IMG/VR virus record: IMGVR_UViG_3300036939_000049
Location: 37,253 to 101,252 of that record
From: a virus
Direction: 5' to 3' (one strand)
Length of the DNA stretch: 64,000 nt
Part shown: positions 58,682 to 64,000 of the stretch, one piece after another
Numbering within the stretch: position 1 is the stretch's first letter
Layout of the letters: every line of letters begins with the position of its first letter
Position numbers and translations under genes: made by a program
Notes under the pieces: generated by a model
What the model was told of the DNA's origin: nothing
Database searches by the model: none
The model's input: the letters and a program-made list of their open reading frames with translations, nothing else

Positions 58682-59460
58682 TGGGGGTAAGCGACCTCAC
58701 ACCGATACTGAACCTGTTCGCCACGGCAGCAAGCAAAAAGAAGGGCGGTAAATTTCCCAAAATTCACTTTGCCGAGTGGGTACTCTATCAGTCCACTAAA
58801 GGGTGGTATCCAGGTTCAGTCTATGTGTCAGCTCCTGGTTTCGATTCCGGTTGGTATGCTCGGATCGAAACCGATGGGTCGCTTACCCTCAATGAAAAAA
58901 CACTTCGACCTGCTGGGTTAGAAGAAGAGTTACGGAAGTTTGCGGCTGACCCTGTAGGTTATGCCGCAAGTTACGGGCGTGAGTCTAGTAACTGCTGCTT
59001 CTGCGGAATCACCATTACTAGTGACGACTCACTAGCTGTTGGGTACGGCCCAATTTGTGCTGATAAGTGGGGGTTACCTTGGGGTATTCAACCACTGCCA
59101 GTACAGGATGAAAAGTTAGAGGCAGAGTTGGCTCAATTCATCAGTTCAGATACAATCTATCGCCACGGCATTTCTAAAATGCTGTACACAGAAGGTGTTC
59201 AGCATCTGGCAGAAAAGGCTGAGTGCTACTGGTTGCTGGATGCGATCGCGTCGTGGCAATTCAAAACCAAAGTTAGCCGCGAATTGTTCCAAGTCTGGAC
59301 ACTTACGGTGAACCAGAAGAAAGAAGCCCTCTTAACCTGTGTTCGGGATACTGGTGCTAAACCCTTAGCAACTCAGCGCATTGAGTACACAGATTTTCCG
59401 TTACCGGAAATCAAGCTATACCTGTGCGATGGGACGTTGATGCTTCCGAGTGAGTACTGA
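58681..59460 (+). CDS. DUF6011-like Zn motif fused to a DUF6876-like domain
   Basis: CCFCG..T...S..VGYGPIC and YTEGV..LA...YWLLDAIAS..FQVW..TDFPL..MLPSEY. Confidence 0.7.
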   Translation: MGVSDLTPILNLFATAASKKKGGKFPKIHFAEWVLYQSTKGWYPGSVYVSAPGFDSGWYARIETDGSLTLNEKTLRPAGLEEELRKFAADPVGYAASYGRESSNCCFCGITITSDDSLAVGYGPICADKWGLPWGIQPLPVQDEKLEAELAQFISSDTIYRHGISKMLYTEGVQHLAEKAECYWLLDAIASWQFKTKVSRELFQVWTLTVNQKKEALLTCVRDTGAKPLATQRIEYTDFPLPEIKLYLCDGTLMLPSEY

Positions 59461-59587
59461 CGCTATTACTCAATGCGTTTTGGGTAGAGATTCAAGCGCG
59501 ATCGCGCCCCACTCTTCAAAACGCGCATATTACCTTGACAATATATTTTACAATTGATACATTCAAGGTAGTTGAGTATTAGGGTTA

Positions 59588-59803
59588 ATGCAAAGAGGGC
59601 AACCGAAGCGTGGCAAACAAATTGCCAAAAATTTAGGTGTGTCTGTAGCTGGGGAAGTTAACAACGGTCTTCAGGAATTAGCTCAAAAATTGGGTTGGTC
59701 TAAGTCATACCTAACTGAGCAAATTTTGAGGAACTACCTCGAACTTCCTTCAGATTACACATGGACAGATTTGGAATTAGCAAAATTAGGATTGCTGGAA
59801 TGA
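59588..59803 (+). CDS. Ribbon-helix-helix protein
   Basis: LGVSV...LQELAQKLGWSKSYLTEQILRNYL; upstream TTGACA. Confidence 0.7.
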   Translation: MQRGQPKRGKQIAKNLGVSVAGEVNNGLQELAQKLGWSKSYLTEQILRNYLELPSDYTWTDLELAKLGLLE

Positions 59804-60024
59804 ACAGAGAAGAGTGGATTAAATCTTTAAAGGTTGACGACAAGGTTATCTATATCCATTCAGAAGAAGTTTGGGATGCAAGAATTGGTGTCATCAAAAG
59901 CATTTCTAATACCAAGCTATGCATTCAGTTTTTCAAAGACCAAAGGAAAGGTGCCATGCTCGATAAAAACACTGGTGCTAGGGCTGATTGGGCGGGTTGG
60001 ATTCAACCATACAAAGAGTTTTAG
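59800..60024 (+). CDS. Hypothetical SH3-like protein
   Basis: ATGA overlap; LKVDDKVI. Confidence 0.55.
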   Translation: MNREEWIKSLKVDDKVIYIHSEEVWDARIGVIKSISNTKLCIQFFKDQRKGAMLDKNTGARADWAGWIQPYKEF

Positions 60025-60188
60025 TGCTGTTTTGCTTTTTTGACGCGATCGCGGCTTATCAAAAAGCTGTCAATCACATCAAGCAAAACTTTAGCATGTA
60101 CACGATTCGTGTACATGACCCAAGCCCGTAGCACCGCCCCTAGGCTACGGGCATTACTGGGCGGACGAAAAAAAGTTTGAGGTAAGCA

Positions 60189-60650
60189 ATGCTGTACATT
60201 ATTGATGAGATCGAAACACAACCTTTTGACAAGCCCGTACAAAAATACCCGCGTCTGTATTTTCACGAGAAAAACGAAGGTGTGTATGGGCAATTAGTTA
60301 ATCGTCGCTATCGTCCGCACACGGAATATCGTAAACTCCTGCCTCAAGTATTTGAACGGTTAGGAATAACAGAAGAAATCCAAGGTAATGCTAAATGGAG
60401 TCAGTACGCAGGGTGTTCTTGTCCATGTAGTCCAGGATTTATTCTTAAAGTGAAGTACGACCAAGATATTTGGGTAACCGTAGTGATGGATGAAGAAGAG
60501 GCACTAAAACTAATGACTGTACCATCGGAGGAACAAAACGTAAGCAATCACGCGATCAGGGAATCCACTGAAGAAGCTGGAGAACAAGACGCGATCGCAC
60601 GCTACCTTAATCCAGAGCAATTAAAAAAAACGTGGGTTATCTACCCTTGA
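60189..60650 (+). CDS. Hypothetical phage protein
   Basis: WSQYAGCSCPCSPGF; GAGG RBS. Confidence 0.7.
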   Translation: MLYIIDEIETQPFDKPVQKYPRLYFHEKNEGVYGQLVNRRYRPHTEYRKLLPQVFERLGITEEIQGNAKWSQYAGCSCPCSPGFILKVKYDQDIWVTVVMDEEEALKLMTVPSEEQNVSNHAIRESTEEAGEQDAIARYLNPEQLKKTWVIYP

Positions 60651-60862
60651 TGATTGGTCAAAAGCGTTTAGTCTCCCTGCATCCGACAATACTTGAACTA
60701 ATACCTATCGCGTAACCTACTGCCAATCTTTTGTCGCATTCCTGACAGTTTCTGCAATTTATTTTGCAGTAAAATAGAGGGGTAATTCCCAGCGCGGGAC
60801 GGAGGATGTTCTCACCATCCTCTTCCGCTTATCAACTGGGACTATCTGAGTGAACAGACAGC

Positions 60863-61636
60863 ATGAATAATGATACAGTACGTGCGGCACGAGCAACCAT
60901 AAAGCTCGGCGGTATCCCACTTGACGTTTTTCAGTTGCCTAATGGCGAATATCGACTAAGCCAGTCGCAGGTGTTGGAGACGATAGATGCCCCAAATAAC
61001 TGGATTACAAGATTGCCGCATTCAGAGGGTACTGAAAGAGTAAAATACTTACAGGGTAAAGGTTTCACTGGTTTACAGCAAAAGATTGAATTTAAGGAAG
61101 AAGGCGCGAGAGGAACCAAGTCCGCCAAAACCCTAAGCATTCCAGACGCGGTATTGGTTTGGCGGTGGTTCGACAAGCAAGGTAACAACAAAGCTGAGGC
61201 AATAATCGACGCCTGTGCTATTGAGTCCATTGAACGGCGTGCTGACAGCGCATTCGGTGTTCAACGGGATGAAGCTGATTACCAAGCCAAGATGAAAGCA
61301 CGGATAGATGGTAAGGTCGTGCGTCAATCGCTAACTGATGCTATCAAAGATTACATCTTGCGACATCCCGAACTGTCGAGTAATGACAAGAAATGGCTTT
61401 ATAAAAACTGCTCAGACAAAACCAACAAAATCATACTTGGCAAAATTGCCAAGAAAGCCGCAGAGGAACTGGGCTGTGAACATGCACAGTTACGGGATTA
61501 CTTGCAAGCCGAACAGCTAATTCGGATTAGCTATCTGGAGGATGTAACCGTGAAGCTTATCCACCTTCAAGACATTCACCCTCTACAAGCTGTTATCCAA
61601 GCCGCTAATCGGTTATTACTCGACTTTGAAGAGTAA
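60863..61636 (+). CDS. Antirepressor-like DNA-binding protein
   Basis: LDVFQLPNGEYRLSQ N-terminus; the C-terminus resembles that of the KilA-N protein (RQSLTD..LRD). Confidence 0.65.
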   Translation: MNNDTVRAARATIKLGGIPLDVFQLPNGEYRLSQSQVLETIDAPNNWITRLPHSEGTERVKYLQGKGFTGLQQKIEFKEEGARGTKSAKTLSIPDAVLVWRWFDKQGNNKAEAIIDACAIESIERRADSAFGVQRDEADYQAKMKARIDGKVVRQSLTDAIKDYILRHPELSSNDKKWLYKNCSDKTNKIILGKIAKKAAEELGCEHAQLRDYLQAEQLIRISYLEDVTVKLIHLQDIHPLQAVIQAANRLLLDFEE

Positions 61637-61713
61637 TATCAACATGCCCGTAGCACCGCCCCTAGGCTACGGGCATTACTGGGCGGACAAACCAAAACAA
61701 CACAACAAACACA

Positions 61714-61950
61714 ATGCCTTACCTAACTCAACACGAAGTCAAGCTATTGGAGCTTTTACAAACTGGTTGTTCGGCATATTCAGTTAATCCCCAAGATGCA
61801 CTACCTTTGAGGTCACTTCAACAGAAAAAGTTAATTCTTATCTGGGACTCATCCCATTGGGACGAAGTAGGTTTTGACGTAACCTATCAAACCTATGGCT
61901 GTTACCCGAATTATGTAGAAGACGGAGAACAGTATCGAATTATCGATTAG
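61714..61950 (+). CDS. Hypothetical protein
   Basis: 78-aa ORF. Confidence 0.55.
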   Translation: MPYLTQHEVKLLELLQTGCSAYSVNPQDALPLRSLQQKKLILIWDSSHWDEVGFDVTYQTYGCYPNYVEDGEQYRIID

Positions 61951-62126
61951 GTAATAAGCCCAGCGCGATCTGCACCTCGCGATCGCGTCTACGACCGGAA
62001 ATAACAAACCAAAAGCATCTCGTCAAGAGGAAAGAAACTATTGTCGAGATGCTGGACAGATTGTTTTAGAAGGGTTTACGCGATCACACGGTACTACACA
62101 AAAACACATCACAAGGTAATCAAATC

Positions 62127-62540
62127 ATGCAACCCAATTCATGCGATGCCGTAAAAGGCGGAGAATCGCCCATCATTCAAGCTGTAGTACTAGGAATCGC
62201 CTCCCAGTGTGAACATCCAGAGCACAGGCAATTCGCATTAGACATGGCGGCAGCAGGTATTGCTACAGCAATAGGAAGTCATCGATTGTACTGGCACGGA
62301 CCTGCGGCGCATGGTGAAGACGTTTCTGAAATCATGTCTCAAACGCGAGTACGATGCATTTGGGATGAGTCCGGCAAAGGTGTTGTTGTGTATCCGCGTG
62401 TGTATACACCAAACAGCCTAATGTTGATGCTAGAAAATCTAGAGTCTGTAGAAATTGGGATTGGATTGTACTGGCATCAAGGACAACCTCTGCACGCGAT
62501 CGCAAAGAATGCCTTAGAGCAAATCAAAGAAATTCTGTAA
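62127..62540 (+). CDS. Hypothetical protein
   Basis: Stop codon lies within a 19-bp motif copy. Confidence 0.65.
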   Translation: MQPNSCDAVKGGESPIIQAVVLGIASQCEHPEHRQFALDMAAAGIATAIGSHRLYWHGPAAHGEDVSEIMSQTRVRCIWDESGKGVVVYPRVYTPNSLMLMLENLESVEIGIGLYWHQGQPLHAIAKNALEQIKEIL

Positions 62541-62579
62541 ACGTTTCGTGTACAAAAACAACCACTACAGCCCCTGCAA

Positions 62580-63026
62580 ATGCGGGGGCTTTTATTTATG
62601 ACCTGGAGAAACTTCACCGTCTACATTTACCCGGATTTTATTCGTATTGTCTTCACCCAAGACCCGCGTGCTGCTGATGAACAAGGCAAGAAAATCATCA
62701 CCATGCTAGAAAAAGCGGAGTTTAAGGAAGAGACACGACCAAACTACTCTCCACAGCTTAGTTGGATGCGCGATCGCACAGACTTCTGGGTCGAGCAATG
62801 CACCAAGCTCGCTCAAAAGTTCGGAGCTAATGTACTACCAGCTAAGGAGGCTCCGAACATTACGCCTGAAGCTCCGAACATTACAGACCCTATAGATAAG
62901 GTATCTAGCCCCATAGACAAAGATGTGCTAGGGCAGATGCAAGAGCAGATGGCTGCTATGCAAGCTGAAATTCTCAGACTTAGAGAGGAGGTGGAGGAAC
63001 TAAAAAAGCTCGACGCGATCGCCTGA
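62580..63026 (+). CDS. Hypothetical protein with short internal repeats
   Basis: EAPNIT twice, PIDK twice. Confidence 0.65.
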   Translation: MRGLLFMTWRNFTVYIYPDFIRIVFTQDPRAADEQGKKIITMLEKAEFKEETRPNYSPQLSWMRDRTDFWVEQCTKLAQKFGANVLPAKEAPNITPEAPNITDPIDKVSSPIDKDVLGQMQEQMAAMQAEILRLREEVEELKKLDAIA

Positions 63027-63115
63027 AAAAACAACATGCGCGATCGCGAAAGCCACTCAAGCAAAACTTTGACCCAACATTCATCCTCGAAGACGGTTCA
63101 CCTAAGTATCTCATC

Positions 63116-63820
63116 TTGCAAGATGGGGATTTGAGCTACCTAGAACGGTTCAGGGGTGGATGTTGGGCAATCCATGAAGGTCAGCTAGGTATCTGCCTTA
63201 AGTCATTCCCTAGCACCTACCTCGACGTTAAGGGTACGTATCTGACAGGGGGAGACGCTTGTGTCTACTTCAGCGGTAATACCTTCATGCCCATCCAGAT
63301 GTCTGGGTTTTGTCGAGAAGTGATTGAAGGGCTACTGGGGATTGCTGAGGCGAGTGAGGAGCTGTCTCGTCGGGAGGCAGTGAGTTCGTCGGATGCGTAC
63401 TGTCAGGACATGCGGATTGTCCTTAATCAGCGCTATGACGAATTTGTTAGTCAGTTCGGTCTACTTCATAACTACAAGAAGTGGATTCATGGGGTTAAGG
63501 CAATCTGGGCTGATTATCGTTTACTGAGCTATGCCTTCCCTCTGGAGACTCCGCAGGGACAAAAGGCGACCATCTTCTTTCAGAGAGTAAACTACCCGCC
63601 CAGCATCCCTACTGGGCAGTTGTTCTTTCAAGAGGACGAGGGAGATCGCGTTGAAGCTGCCTACTACTGGACGCTCAAGCACTTCGACCGTGTTGACCTT
63701 GACCAAATCAGCGAGAAGTCTGCTATTCCACCCCAAGAGTGTGAGGGCATTCTGCGCTATCGCAGGTTGGTTGCACGATGGGTACTGGAGCAACAGGAAG
63801 AAGAATTAGAAAAAGTTTAA
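63116..63820 (+). CDS. DarB/COG4646-like middle segment
   Basis: LNQRYDEFVSQFG.L, LE...KATIFFQRV, VDLDQI. Confidence 0.65.
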   Translation: MQDGDLSYLERFRGGCWAIHEGQLGICLKSFPSTYLDVKGTYLTGGDACVYFSGNTFMPIQMSGFCREVIEGLLGIAEASEELSRREAVSSSDAYCQDMRIVLNQRYDEFVSQFGLLHNYKKWIHGVKAIWADYRLLSYAFPLETPQGQKATIFFQRVNYPPSIPTGQLFFQEDEGDRVEAAYYWTLKHFDRVDLDQISEKSAIPPQECEGILRYRRLVARWVLEQQEEELEKV

Positions 63821-63873
63821 TCAAACCCCCGCTTGGCTGCATTCCATCTGGGGGTTTTTACTCACATCACGAG

Positions 63874-64000
63874 TTGACATTCTCCCCGACCTGAAGGTGC
63901 GGGGATTCCAGAAATCACTTTCTGGGGTTCCTCTTTCCGTGAGTCGGCTTACTTGAAGGAGTTTTCTCACTCAAGCAGAGGTCGTTCTCTCCAGAGGCGT
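63874..64000 (-). mobile_element. Right end of an IS605-family (tnpB) element running off the window
   Basis: Minus strand reads ...ASGENDLCLSEKTPSSKPTHGKRNPRK* (TnpB-like tail), then hairpin tccccgcaccttcaggtcgggga and end ATGTCAA. Confidence 0.75.

Larger units (their letters stand above)
60124..61688 (+). repeat. Identical 43-bp structured repeat at 60124-60166 and 61646-61688
   Basis: gcccgtagcaccgcccctaggctacgggcattactgggcggac. Confidence 0.9.
3856..62554. repeat. Dispersed 19-bp quasi-palindrome TGTACACGAWWNGTKTACA, about 23 copies
   Basis: Copies start at 3856, 4111, 4760 (half), 10320, 10534, 30384, 30594, 38954, 39058, 40977, 41547, 41701, 43001, 44426 (half), 45290, 45476, 48235, 51464, 52191, 54562 (half), 56026, 60097, 62536. 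Confidence 0.93.

Noticed and set aside
60124-60166. HDV-like/theta ribozyme
   Set aside because: No room for the P3/L3 and P4 elements; only a simple pseudoknot fits.
38954-62554. 19-bp motif as a CRISPR array
   Set aside because: Copies are irregularly spaced from 100 bp to many kb, occur in both orientations, and no cas genes are present.
515-63793. Numerous short antisense or overlapping ORFs in the track
   Set aside because: They are shadows of longer genes with recognisable motifs.
1-64000. HIP1 (GCGATCGC) as a novel repeat
   Set aside because: Well-known cyanobacterial repeat; used here only as a host and residence marker.

Overview
About 64 kb of a large temperate phage or phage-plasmid of a cyanobacterium; the HIP1 octamer GCGATCGC, often as CGCGATCGCG, recurs throughout. 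Left to right: a divergent family-A DNA polymerase (5'-truncated), a 1158-aa C5-MTase/Dam-like MTase/HTH-like fusion, KilA-N and XRE regulators, nucleases, two intact IscB/omegaRNA elements, an actin-like (ParM-type) ATPase locus, a putative endolysin, a minus-strand tail/head block with a 1920-aa MuF-like protein, a tyrosine recombinase, a protelomerase, a CHASE3 histidine kinase, Mu-like terminase subunits, and a long plus-strand block with DndB, a PAPS-reductase-like gene and a DarB-like protein apparently split into pieces. No portal or major capsid gene was recognised. The main unexplained signal is a 19-bp quasi-palindrome, TGTACACGAWWNGTKTACA, found about 23 times by eye. It often sits at gene ends or beside terminators, and three copies lie inside the coding sequence of the putative DNA-binding domain fused to the two methyltransferases. 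I infer a self-tagging site/binder system. All family assignments come from motif recognition by eye, not from database searches.
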